A DNA stretch of 48,755 bases, from positions 1 through 48,755 of the IMG/VR virus record IMGVR_UViG_3300035670_000332; one strand, written 5' to 3'. The notes under the pieces are model-generated. The model was not told where the DNA came from, searched no databases, and saw only the letters and a program-made list of their open reading frames with translations. Shown piece by piece: positions 10,520-18,535 of the stretch. Source of the stretch: a virus. Taxonomy: Duplodnaviria > Caudoviricetes. A program made the position numbers and the translations under genes. Positions within the stretch are counted from its first letter, which is position 1. The number at the start of each line of letters is the position of its first letter.

Positions 10520-10861
10520 TTACTCCTTAACAATTTTTATAGAATATCCTAGTATTTCTTCAATTTCTCTAACGGTTAAAACCTTTTCTTCTTTATCGAA
10601 AATACTTTTATCAACATATTTAAGAGCATCGCCATTTTTCCTTACTGCTTCTAAACAGATTTCAGGAGTTTGCTCTTTAACATATTGAAGAGCATAACTA
10701 TTTTCTTTCACTGCCGCTAAACAGATTTCAGGAGTCTGATCTTTAACAAATCGAAGAATATAACCACTCTGTTTCACTGCTACTAAAGCGGCTTCGCCCG
10801 ACAAATTTTTTATATCCTCTTCTCTTCCGTTTACTTCTTTTAAAAAATCTTTTAATGTCAT
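10520..10861 (-). CDS. DUF4116-like helical repeat protein
   Basis: Repeated QTPEICLxAV(K/R)xNxxALxYV units. Confidence 0.75.
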   Translation of the reverse strand: MTLKDFLKEVNGREEDIKNLSGEAALVAVKQSGYILRFVKDQTPEICLAAVKENSYALQYVKEQTPEICLEAVRKNGDALKYVDKSIFDKEEKVLTVREIEEILGYSIKIVKE

Positions 10862-10900
10862 TTTTATCCTCCATTTTTGGGTTATTTTTTTATTGATACA

Positions 10901-11284
10901 CTATATTACCTTACCTCCATGCCTGTGAGGTCTTGTTTTATTATATTCGTGTTTTATTTTAATTGCTTGTTCTATGTCTATTCCAGCATGTCCACAATAG
11001 TCTAATATTCGTATAATACAGTCAGCAAGCTCAATCGGCACACCCTCAGGTTTTTTATTTCCACCGTGACCATCACAGCCAGCATTGCATAACGAACAGT
11101 CGCTTGGACACATGCCAGAATAATATATTTTATTGACAGCATGTCCGTTCCGGTATTCCTCCAATGCTTCTGACAGTTCAGAGTGACAGAGTGCTATTAT
11201 TTCCCCAAATGTTCGTTCCTCAGTCCACCAGCCTTTGTCCTGACTGTTATTATGTATTTTGTACATTAGTTCGTTTAAGTCCAT
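10901..11284 (-). CDS. MazG-like nucleotide pyrophosphohydrolase
   Basis: ALCHSELSEALEE and ELADCIIRILD motifs, plus KHEYNKTRP. Confidence 0.8.
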   Translation of the reverse strand: MDLNELMYKIHNNSQDKGWWTEERTFGEIIALCHSELSEALEEYRNGHAVNKIYYSGMCPSDCSLCNAGCDGHGGNKKPEGVPIELADCIIRILDYCGHAGIDIEQAIKIKHEYNKTRPHRHGGKVI

Positions 11285-11288
11285 TTAT

Positions 11289-11459
11289 TTATTCCTCCTC
11301 CGTTTCTTGTGCCGGTAATGCCGATATAATATCTGCAAACATTTCAACTGCTTCAAACTGAGCGTCATCATTTTGATGTACATATTCCTCGCATCCCCAA
11401 AATTCTTTGTGTTTATTTACATAACTCATAACTATTGATAATATTTTATCTTTATCCAT
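11289..11459 (-). CDS. Small acidic hypothetical protein (56 aa, not in ORF track)
   Basis: Hand translation MDKDKNIINSYELC...QETEEE. GGGGAGG RBS upstream; tiles the leftward operon. Confidence 0.55.
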   Translation of the reverse strand: MDKDKILSIVMSYVNKHKEFWGCEEYVHQNDDAQFEAVEMFADIISALPAQETEEE

Positions 11460-11631
11460 TTATTTGTTCCTCCCCAAAATATTCGTTTATTTCTTTAAGC
11501 CAATATCTCACATCTTCCATATCCTGCACATCGTTGTCAATTACTTTCAGCAATATCACTCTTACGCTGTCAGTAATCCTTTCAAGAGCAATATTATTTT
11601 CTTCAAGTGCTCTAATGTATGAATCATTCAT
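11452..11631 (-). CDS. Small hypothetical protein (59 aa, not in ORF track)
   Basis: MNDSYIRALEENN...; GGAGG RBS; coupled to its neighbours. Confidence 0.55.
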   Translation of the reverse strand: MNDSYIRALEENNIALERITDSVRVILLKVIDNDVQDMEDVRYWLKEINEYFGEEQING

Positions 11632-11873
11632 TATGGTTGCTCCTCCAGTTCTTGCAGTAAATTACGAGCAAACATTCTGCCATACAATTGGCTTTCCACA
11701 CACATTTTTAAAACATCAATTAACCGTTGTTTGTCTTTTAGTAATTTAATTGGACTGTCAATATACTCACACCTGTCAATTCTGTGACATTCAGTGTCTC
11801 CACCGCTAACAATAGAACCGCATACATCACTACAACATTTTACTATTCCGTTTTCAACCCATATTCTAGACAT
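11631..11873 (-). CDS. Hypothetical Cys-rich protein
   Basis: 80 aa, overlaps the end of thyX, has an RBS. Confidence 0.55.
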   Translation of the reverse strand: MSRIWVENGIVKCCSDVCGSIVSGGDTECHRIDRCEYIDSPIKLLKDKQRLIDVLKMCVESQLYGRMFARNLLQELEEQP

Positions 11874-12522
11874 TGTAATCCTCCCTCTTAATAAAATAAT
11901 CGAAATATTTTTGAAATATGTTCGGCATTAACTGCAAAAACTGACTTAACACCAACTCTGCAATCTCTTTCATTTGTGGGTGTGGTTTTCCTGTCGTTCC
12001 CACATAACGCAAATCGAAAAAATGCATCCACTCCCTGAGATTAGCTGTCATAATAACCTCAGTTTTAAGGCTGTTTGGTAATATTGTCCTTGCTTGCTCT
12101 GGTGTTGCACCAAGCTGTATTAATTTTTGATATATAGACTCAGATGTTGACATAACCCAGAACCATTCACGATACATTTCTTGACCACGTTCTGAAAAAT
12201 CCCAGAAACATGGATTAATAAATGTCATTTCATTATTATAATTACAATACCGTGTGCTCTCCTGTGCATATGAGGCAAGTCTGTGCCTAACTAATTCGTG
12301 TGACACTCCCCTATCGCATATTATTCTTACGCTGATGGAATAATGTTCTAGCATGGACATGTGTTTCTTGTCTAGCAGCATATTAAATATTTTTATTGCA
12401 CTGTCAGGTGTTATTTTATCTTCGCTTTTGTAACAGTTCCTTGCACATAATTCTATATGTGCAAGGATTTCTGTTTCGTTTATTGGTGTTAATATTTCTA
12501 CTGATGGATTAATTATTTTCAT
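11866..12522 (-). CDS. thyX: FAD-dependent thymidylate synthase
   Basis: ThyX signature RHRxxSYAQESTRY, plus SMLEH, EQARTILP and HPQM. Confidence 0.95.
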   Translation of the reverse strand: MKIINPSVEILTPINETEILAHIELCARNCYKSEDKITPDSAIKIFNMLLDKKHMSMLEHYSISVRIICDRGVSHELVRHRLASYAQESTRYCNYNNEMTFINPCFWDFSERGQEMYREWFWVMSTSESIYQKLIQLGATPEQARTILPNSLKTEVIMTANLREWMHFFDLRYVGTTGKPHPQMKEIAELVLSQFLQLMPNIFQKYFDYFIKREDYNV

Positions 12523-12591
12523 TTTTTACCTCCAATTAAGCCATTTCCCAAATTACCATTATCCAGTGAGTTAAGAATAGCATCTATTATA

Positions 12592-13011
12592 TTAATTTCC
12601 ATGCACCCTAGCATTTCCATGCACCATAGCATTACCATACACCTTAGCATCACCATACACCCAAGCATCACCATACACCCAAGCATTACCATACACCTTA
12701 GCATTACCATACACCTTAGCATTACGATACACCCTAGCGTCACCATACACCATAGCATTACCATACACCCAAGCATTACCATACACCCAAGCATTACCAT
12801 ACACCCTAGCATTACCATACACCCAAGCATCACCATATACCCTAGCATTTCCATGCACCCAAGCATTACCACTATGACTCAGGTTTTCAACTTTTTCTAT
12901 ATAACCACCTAAATCACCTGCTTTAACATCATTAAAGCATTTTATTGCTTTAATGCGGTATAGCTTTATGCCATAGTGTTCTGTACAATCATTTGTTAAT
13001 TCATACTTCAT
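12592..13011 (-). CDS. Phage hexapeptide-repeat (beta-helix) protein
   Basis: N-terminal LYRIKA...GDLGGYIE followed by 15 G(N/D)AxV(Y/H) repeats. Confidence 0.85.
   Translation of the reverse strand: MKYELTNDCTEHYGIKLYRIKAIKCFNDVKAGDLGGYIEKVENLSHSGNAWVHGNARVYGDAWVYGNARVYGNAWVYGNAWVYGNAMVYGDARVYRNAKVYGNAKVYGNAWVYGDAWVYGDAKVYGNAMVHGNARVHGN
12595..12870 (-). repeat. 18-bp tandem repeat, about 15 copies (coding)
   Basis: AGCATTACCATACACCC(A/T)-type units on the + strand. Confidence 0.9.
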
Positions 13012-13282
13012 TGTTATACTCCTCCAATTCTATTAAAGTTAAAATGCAATAATTAGCTAAATCCATCAATGTGTCTTCAAGTTGTTCGTCTTTGACGTTA
13101 TTCTCTGCACCTGTAGCAAGTGCCTTGATACGGTTAAATTTATCCTGCATTCTTGTTACTGCCGATATGATGCCTAATTCTTGAAATGTTTTTCCAAAAC
13201 TATCACCATATGCAGCATTTTTATTTATGTATATGGTGTTTAAATCTTCGCATATCTGTTTATGTCTTATAAATTTATCCAT
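13001..13282 (-). CDS. DUF1599 / nucleotide-modification-associated domain protein
   Basis: KNAAYGDSF, TRMQDKFNR and DTLMDLANY. Start moved to ATG 13282 on the basis of a GGAGG RBS. Confidence 0.8.
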   Translation of the reverse strand: MDKFIRHKQICEDLNTIYINKNAAYGDSFGKTFQELGIISAVTRMQDKFNRIKALATGAENNVKDEQLEDTLMDLANYCILTLIELEEYNNEV

Positions 13283-13595
13283 TTCTAACCTCCAAATATC
13301 TGTATTCAAGTCCATCAGGCGTACGCTTTTTGACTTCAACCTTTTTATACGGCAAATTGCCCTTAAACTGTGGATGTATTTCCCATTGACTGAACCACTC
13401 AGGAGCTGACTTGCCAAATATATCAAAAGAATTTCCTGTCTCAAATGTAAATTCCTTTATTTGCAACTCCACCTTGCCTTCTGGCATTGGAAGCCTCATT
13501 GTTGCATTGTGCCAGCTTTCCCACGGTGTATAGCTGACCTTCCAAGCCCATATTTTGCTATCTATTAATACCGCACAAGTATATAATTTATCCAT
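13275..13595 (-). CDS. Hypothetical protein
   Basis: 106 aa with an RBS; tiles the operon. Confidence 0.55.
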   Translation of the reverse strand: MDKLYTCAVLIDSKIWAWKVSYTPWESWHNATMRLPMPEGKVELQIKEFTFETGNSFDIFGKSAPEWFSQWEIHPQFKGNLPYKKVEVKKRTPDGLEYRYLEVRNG

Positions 13596-13839
13596 CGTTC
13601 ACCTCGCTTAACACAGCATCTATTAATCTACATAGCGGAGGGAGTCCAGCATATTTATCCTGTCCTCCTATTCCGTTACGTTTCCAAGTGACCTTGTTAT
13701 GTCTAATATATTTCAGCGTTTCAATTAGTTTATTTTTATCATGCTGTAGTTTATCTATGTCATGATTAAGCTTAATAATTTCAGTTTCAAAATCCGAAGC
13801 AATTTGTCTTGCCATATCGTCATATTCGCTCTCATGCAT
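13588..13839 (-). CDS. Hypothetical coiled-coil protein
   Basis: 83 aa, AGGAGG RBS. Confidence 0.55.
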   Translation of the reverse strand: MHESEYDDMARQIASDFETEIIKLNHDIDKLQHDKNKLIETLKYIRHNKVTWKRNGIGGQDKYAGLPPLCRLIDAVLSEVNDG

Positions 13840-14294
13840 TACTTTATTACCTCCTTAGCAATTATTGTTATTTTTTCTAAACCTATAATGCTAACTACAC
13901 CTGTCAGCATCATAATATACCTAATCCATTTTTCTCCCCTGCCATTGTATTTTATATCTGCCAGCCTGTAATTTTTATCCGTCAGAGGGTAGAATATTTC
14001 TATTCCCTTGCCATTAAATAAGTCTATTGCTATATGACTAAACCAACCTATTGCCCCACCTAATATTATATAGTTTCCGCTCGGTGCTATATATGCACAT
14101 ACTAATAACATTATTGTCCATATGATGCTGTGTGTCTGTCCACGGTGTCGCAATGATTTGTATTCATGATCTATGTCTGGGAGCATTGCTGTGCACAATG
14201 CTCCGCAGACTAGTTCAATTGGAGGTATGTTTGTAACTTGCGCTGTAACTAATGCTGTGGCTACTGCTGTTACTGTGTGGGTCGCTCTAGTCAT
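13839..14294 (-). CDS. YdjM-like membrane-bound metal-dependent hydrolase
   Basis: TH, LPDIDH, HRGQTHS and SHIAID...GI..FYP motifs with TM helices. Confidence 0.85.
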   Translation of the reverse strand: MTRATHTVTAVATALVTAQVTNIPPIELVCGALCTAMLPDIDHEYKSLRHRGQTHSIIWTIMLLVCAYIAPSGNYIILGGAIGWFSHIAIDLFNGKGIEIFYPLTDKNYRLADIKYNGRGEKWIRYIMMLTGVVSIIGLEKITIIAKEVIK

Positions 14295-14424
14295 TATCTA
14301 TCGCCTCCCACTCTGCTTCAATGTATTTAAACACGCCTTTGCACTCATTACAGCGGAACATTTCGTATAATTCGCCAAGATAATAAACTTTCTTTGACTT
14401 GCAGTAAGGACACAATGCTCTCAT
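14287..14424 (-). CDS. Small zinc-ribbon protein (45 aa, not in ORF track)
   Basis: MRALCPYCK...FRCNECK; GGGAGG RBS. Confidence 0.6.
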   Translation of the reverse strand: MRALCPYCKSKKVYYLGELYEMFRCNECKGVFKYIEAEWEAIDND

Positions 14425-14480
14425 TTTACTTTTCGCCTCCCTTTTCTAATATTCTACCTCCCACTCTGCTCCTAGTCCGG

Positions 14481-14765
14481 CTATATTATTTTCCCATGAC
14501 TCAGTATGCTGTCTATCATCCAGTCATACCCGTAAAAGCCTTTTGAATTTTTCCTCATATATTCAGCCTCTTTGCGGTCTACTTCTTTTACCAGTACATT
14601 AACGCCCCATCCATCACTGAAACGATAATAGTGATTACCAATAATACCATTAAGTTTTTCAAGTGCTAATTTGCTCTTTCCATAAATATTTGTATAATTT
14701 ATAACTTCAGCGTAATAGTTTTCAGAACCTGCATTTGGCATAATAAGTCGAAATCCTAAAATCAT
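14481..14765 (-). CDS. Hypothetical phage protein
   Basis: 94 aa; Y.FSDGW and GFYGYDWMIDSI motifs. Confidence 0.6.
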   Translation of the reverse strand: MILGFRLIMPNAGSENYYAEVINYTNIYGKSKLALEKLNGIIGNHYYRFSDGWGVNVLVKEVDRKEAEYMRKNSKGFYGYDWMIDSILSHGKII

Positions 14766-14786
14766 TTTACATTCCCCCTTTACATG

Positions 14787-14960
14787 CTAATTCCCCTTGC
14801 ATTTCGGGCATAAATCAAGCCATTTACCATCACTCCAAGCACAATTCCAACCCATTTTTACTGTATAATTTAAAGCATCGTCGCAACTTTCAAATGTCAC
14901 TTTTTCTTCATGCTTGCATTTATCGCATTCTAACTTATATATTTGTTTAATCATTAGCAT
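14787..14960 (-). CDS. Small zinc-finger protein (57 aa, not in ORF track)
   Basis: CDKC...GW...DLCPKC; GGAGG RBS. Confidence 0.6.
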   Translation of the reverse strand: MLMIKQIYKLECDKCKHEEKVTFESCDDALNYTVKMGWNCAWSDGKWLDLCPKCKGN

Positions 14961-15157
14961 TGACCTCCTTTAGTTTTTCTTTTGTAAATTATGTAGCAGA
15001 TACCAAAAATTACAGCTATTGCAATCCAGTTAGATTTTATACTGTCTAAGTTTATTGTGACTTGCTTTTGTATGTCTTTGGTAACCTGTTGTAAATCGTT
15101 GATTGATAAAAACACAGCTGCACCAATGATGATAATAATAGTTTTTAATTCTTTCAT
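14954..15157 (-). CDS. Small two-TM membrane protein
   Basis: Two hydrophobic helices. Start set at ATG 15157, after a GGGGGTATATT RBS. Confidence 0.6.
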   Translation of the reverse strand: MKELKTIIIIIGAAVFLSINDLQQVTKDIQKQVTINLDSIKSNWIAIAVIFGICYIIYKRKTKGGQC

Positions 15158-15212
15158 AATATACCCCCTATTCATTAATTATCTGTAAGGCTTGTGTACA
15201 AGCCGTACACAA

Positions 15213-16313
15213 TCATGCATATTTTTTTAGTTTGTTTAAATCATTCACAAATGTTGTTAATCCATCGACCTTTAGTATTTTTTTGCGTTCAAGGTAATCC
15301 TTGGCTTTTCTTAACTTATCCCGTGAGTAGTTAAGTTTTTTCGCCATTGCTGTCAGTCCGGGGCAAGATGTGTCGTTTGGGTTTTGCTCAATCTTTTGTA
15401 GTGCTGCTTGTGCGTATAACTGCAATGCTTCTTCTATTTCAATTTCTTCTGATAGGGTAGATGTCACGTCAGAACGTTGTTTTTTTTTACTATCAATGTC
15501 AATTACGTTTTTATCCGAATTGTTTGAACGTTCAGTATTAACCAACGTTTCAGCATCTTCATAAACAGTATATCGTTTAAGAACTTTTCTATTTTTTCTC
15601 TTTAATTCAACAAGTGCTAGGACTCCAACAACCTCAATCAAAATAGCAACAAAGCCGAAAAATATATCTTCATGTGACTTTTTTGTAAATACCCCTGTAA
15701 AGCCTTTATCAATATTTGTGGCAGGGGAGAAGGACGACAATTTTACATCCAGCCCTTCTTTTTGTAGTTTAGTTAATTCATCTGATTTCTGATGAATTAA
15801 TTTATTATATTTAGTCGCTGTACGTTCACGCAAAGTCCTGTATTTTACAGGATTAAATTTTCCAACCTCTTTTATTTTCTCATTCTCGAGGTCTTTAAGT
15901 TCAGCATTCAATCTATTAATCAATCTGTCACGGTCTACAATTTTTTTCTGTTGGGTTTTAAATTCTGTACTATTATAAATAAAATCATTGTGAATAGTTG
16001 ATGCTTGATTTTTTGCAAGTGCGAATGAAGCAACTAGCGAAAATACTATAGCACCTATACCAACAAAGCCAAATAGAAACCTTATGCCCATATGCAAATC
16101 TTTTGCTGTCAATGCTGTTGCGGGGAAGTGGAACTTCGCCATTTCGAGACCTACACCCAAAGCGCCAAATACTATCATTGCCCACAACTCAGCACCTTGA
16201 CTTTTCATCAGGAATATTGAAAATGTTACAGATGCACCAAAACATATAAAAACAATAGCAGCTGGTAATATTTTTTTCTTATCAAACGCTTTTCTTGCTT
16301 CGATTTTTGACAT
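15213..16313 (-). CDS. Membrane protein: 3 TM + coiled coil + TM + C-terminal HTH
   Basis: 366 aa. Hydrophobic segments and a heptad region are visible; C-terminal PGLTAMAKKLNYSRDKLRKAKDYL resembles an HTH. Confidence 0.65.
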   Translation of the reverse strand: MSKIEARKAFDKKKILPAAIVFICFGASVTFSIFLMKSQGAELWAMIVFGALGVGLEMAKFHFPATALTAKDLHMGIRFLFGFVGIGAIVFSLVASFALAKNQASTIHNDFIYNSTEFKTQQKKIVDRDRLINRLNAELKDLENEKIKEVGKFNPVKYRTLRERTATKYNKLIHQKSDELTKLQKEGLDVKLSSFSPATNIDKGFTGVFTKKSHEDIFFGFVAILIEVVGVLALVELKRKNRKVLKRYTVYEDAETLVNTERSNNSDKNVIDIDSKKKQRSDVTSTLSEEIEIEEALQLYAQAALQKIEQNPNDTSCPGLTAMAKKLNYSRDKLRKAKDYLERKKILKVDGLTTFVNDLNKLKKYA

Positions 16314-16348
16314 AAATATACCCCCTTATAATTAGTTGAGTGGATGCT

Positions 16349-16477
16349 TTACTTAATTTTCCAAGCAATCACAATACCTATAACAATCAAAACCATTCCG
16401 CAATAAATGCCATTAGATGCAACTGCCAAAACCACTGCTGAAATGAAACAAATAACTGCTAATAATTTGCGGTTCAT
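16349..16477 (-). CDS. Small two-TM membrane peptide (42 aa)
   Basis: MNRKLLAVICFISAVVLAVAS...; same GGGGGTATATT RBS as 15157. Confidence 0.55.
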   Translation of the reverse strand: MNRKLLAVICFISAVVLAVASNGIYCGMVLIVIGIVIAWKIK

Positions 16478-16502
16478 AATATACCCCCATCTAAATATTT
16501 TT

Positions 16503-16658
16503 TTAATCCTGCAACTTAGTATCGTCCGACAGTTTGAAGCAGCAAAGGGAATTGAATGTAGTTCCACGCCTTGCAGCTTCTTCTTTTAAACTTTTGTGAA
16601 TCATTTTCGGTATCCGTAACGTTGTACGGATATAGTCTTTAGTATTCTTTGACGCCAT
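16503..16658 (-). CDS. Arc/ribbon-helix-helix DNA-binding protein (51 aa, not in ORF track)
   Basis: MASKNTKDYIRTTLRIPKMIHKSLKEEAARRGTTFNSL has the RHH pattern; GGAGG RBS and own promoter. Confidence 0.8.
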   Translation of the reverse strand: MASKNTKDYIRTTLRIPKMIHKSLKEEAARRGTTFNSLCCFKLSDDTKLQD

Positions 16659-16678
16659 TTTGTCACCTCCCATAATAT

Positions 16679-16707
16679 ATTATAAACCATATCCCAAATA
16701 AAAGCAA
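16679..16707 (-). promoter_or_regulatory. Leftward sigmaA-type promoter
   Basis: TTGCTT-N17-TATAAT on the minus strand, upstream of the RHH gene. Confidence 0.7.
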
Positions 16708-16850
16708 GCTATAAAAATATTGATTATAATTTTTTATATAAAATGAAACAAAAAATAATATAATAAAATAAAAATAGCTAAAATATTAAGTAAGTTGACT
16801 TTAAACTAAGATAAATATTAAAATATTAAGTTATTCGCACAAAATCGACA

Positions 16851-16879
16851 TTGTATATCAAAACCAGTGTTGGTATAAT
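16851..16879 (+). promoter_or_regulatory. Rightward early sigmaA-type promoter
   Basis: TTGTAT-N17-TATAAT with an extended TG. A second candidate, TTGACT-N18-TAAAAT, lies at 16795-16824. Confidence 0.7.
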
Positions 16880-16986
16880 TAGAACATGCTTTAAGAAAAC
16901 TTCAAGATAACAAATCTAGTTCTCGAAAAATAATTTCTTAGTTTTTCAAAATAATCTTAAATAACAAAATAACAGGGGAAATAATT

Positions 16987-17193
16987 ATGAAAAAAGCAAT
17001 ATTTTTTATTGATTTAAGAACACAAAAAACGTGTTCAAACTGCCGTTCTTGCGAGAATGGCAAGTGTATCAATCTCAAACATATTCTTGATGCCTCAAAC
17101 TTCAATTCTAATTTTACCGAAAATTCAGCTAGTTTACCCGACACAAAAACTTGCCAGCATTGGGCAATAGAAAGGAGGGTAAACAATGTTTAA
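16987..17193 (+). CDS. Small Cys-rich hypothetical protein
   Basis: 68 aa; CSNCRSC..C...CQHW. Confidence 0.55.
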   Translation: MKKAIFFIDLRTQKTCSNCRSCENGKCINLKHILDASNFNSNFTENSASLPDTKTCQHWAIERRVNNV

Positions 17194-17338
17194 ATGTCCT
17201 CTTTGTGGTAAAAAACTTTACGACATTGGGACACATCATAAAATACACAAAAAAACTTACAAAGAATTTTATGAGCTTTGTAAGAAGGTCAGTCCTGATG
17301 TAGTAGTAAATCAATTTTACATACCAACCAAAAAATAA
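17186..17338 (+). CDS. C2H2 zinc-finger protein (50 aa, not in ORF track)
   Basis: MFKCPLCGKKLYDIGTHHKIHKKTYKEF; AAGGAGG RBS. Confidence 0.7.
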   Translation: MFKCPLCGKKLYDIGTHHKIHKKTYKEFYELCKKVSPDVVVNQFYIPTKK

Positions 17339-17354
17339 ATAGGAGGTTATTACC

Positions 17355-17531
17355 ATGGATGGGTATTATGATTATTTGTATTTATGTGACCGTTTGGACG
17401 AAGAAAATGGACTAGCTCCTGAAGACGAACTAAAGGAAAAAGAACAGCAGGAAAGAGAACAGCAGGAGAGGTATGACAGAATTATAAAATGGTACAGCGG
17501 AGAAAAAGAAGAAGAAGAACCATATTTTTAA
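17355..17531 (+). CDS. Small acidic protein (58 aa, not in ORF track)
   Basis: MDGYYDYLYLCDRLDEE...EEEEPYF; AGGAGG RBS. Confidence 0.65.
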   Translation: MDGYYDYLYLCDRLDEENGLAPEDELKEKEQQEREQQERYDRIIKWYSGEKEEEEPYF

Positions 17532-17544
17532 GGGAGGTATAGAA

Positions 17545-17769
17545 ATGTGTGATATGTGTAAAAAATGCAGAAAAGATTGTAATTGGTGTGAGTATGGCGA
17601 AGAGGGTTGTTATGGAGATGCCAACAGTTGCGCCAAATATATGCCAATTACAATCGAAACAACATGTTTGATTGATGAATTGTTAAGTAACATTGACATA
17701 AAACGCACTGGAAATGTGTATATAGAACAAATTCAATATGAAATAAATAAATATAGGGAGGGCGTGTAA
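17545..17769 (+). CDS. Cys-rich hypothetical protein
   Basis: 74 aa; GGGAGG RBS. Confidence 0.6.
   Translation: MCDMCKKCRKDCNWCEYGEEGCYGDANSCAKYMPITIETTCLIDELLSNIDIKRTGNVYIEQIQYEINKYREGV
17678..17761 (+). repeat. 84-bp direct repeat, copy 1
   Basis: 81/84 identical to 18611-18694. Confidence 0.95.
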
Positions 17770-17770
17770 T

Positions 17771-18535
17771 ATGAAAGGGTATAAAGCCTACGACAAAGGC
17801 ATGACTTGCAGAGGATTTAAGTTTGAAGAAGGCAAAGAATACAAGGAAGATAAGGCAATATGTTGTGACGCTGGATTTCATTTTTGCGAGAACCCATTAG
17901 ATGTACTGAATTATTACAATCTATGTGACAGTGATTTCTCAGAAATTGAAGCGATAGGAAACATACATAAAAAAGAGGGCAGTGATGATACAAAAGCAGC
18001 TACAGATCAAATAAAAATTGGTGCTAAATTAGATTTAGCAGGTTTTATTAAGGCAAGTATTAGTTATATTGCAAAAAAATGCAAACAGACAGAAGATAAT
18101 GGAGACGGCAGTCAGCTTGCATCATCAGGAGACGGCAGTAAGCTTGCATCATCAGGATATAACAGTCAGCTTGCATCATCAGGAGACGGCAGTAAGCTTG
18201 CATCATCAGGATATAACAGTCAGCTTGCATCATCAGGATATAACAGTCAGCTTGCATCATCAGGAGACGGCAGTAAGCTTGCATCATCAGGAGACAACAG
18301 TCAGCTTGCAATTAACGGCGAAAATTCCGTTGGTGCAGCAATAGGCATTAACGGCAAAATAAAATCAAAAATTGGCAACTGGATTACACTTGCCGAGTGG
18401 AGATATGTAGGGAATAAATATGTAATATCATGTGTAAAGTCTGCACAGGTTGACGGCATTACAATCAAAGCCGATACATGGTATAGGCTACAAGATGGCG
18501 AATTTTTAGAATTTTTAGAAACTAGTGAGGAGTGA
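17771..18535 (+). CDS. Conserved phage protein with Gly/Ser 9-aa repeats
   Basis: YK....MTCRGFKF..G, GFHFCENPLDV and C-terminal VDG..IKADTWY motifs of a widespread phage family. Confidence 0.8.
   Translation: MKGYKAYDKGMTCRGFKFEEGKEYKEDKAICCDAGFHFCENPLDVLNYYNLCDSDFSEIEAIGNIHKKEGSDDTKAATDQIKIGAKLDLAGFIKASISYIAKKCKQTEDNGDGSQLASSGDGSKLASSGYNSQLASSGDGSKLASSGYNSQLASSGYNSQLASSGDGSKLASSGDNSQLAINGENSVGAAIGINGKIKSKIGNWITLAEWRYVGNKYVISCVKSAQVDGITIKADTWYRLQDGEFLEFLETSEE
18101..18310 (+). repeat. 27-bp tandem repeat, about 7.8 copies (coding G(D/Y)(G/N)S(Q/K)LASS)
   Basis: GGAGACGGCAGTAAGCTTGCATCATCA and GGATATAACAGTCAGCTTGCATCATCA units. Confidence 0.95.

Noticed and set aside
12595-12870. 18-bp array as a possible CRISPR or DGR element
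   Set aside because: In-frame coding hexapeptide repeats with no unique spacers; no reverse transcriptase or cas genes in the genome.
12519-12912. ORFs 12519-12872 (-) and 12601-12912 (+) with MVMLGC / HPSITI repeats
   Set aside because: Alternative-frame shadows of the 18-bp repeat in the real 12592-13011 gene.
12592-13011. Hexapeptide protein as a NeuD-like O-acetyltransferase of the sialic acid pathway
   Set aside because: It lies 20 kb from the cassette on the other strand, belongs to a widespread phage repeat family, and lacks the NeuD N-terminal domain.
18060-18344. ORFs 18060-18311 (-) and 18069-18344 (+)
   Set aside because: Shadow frames of the 27-bp tandem repeat.
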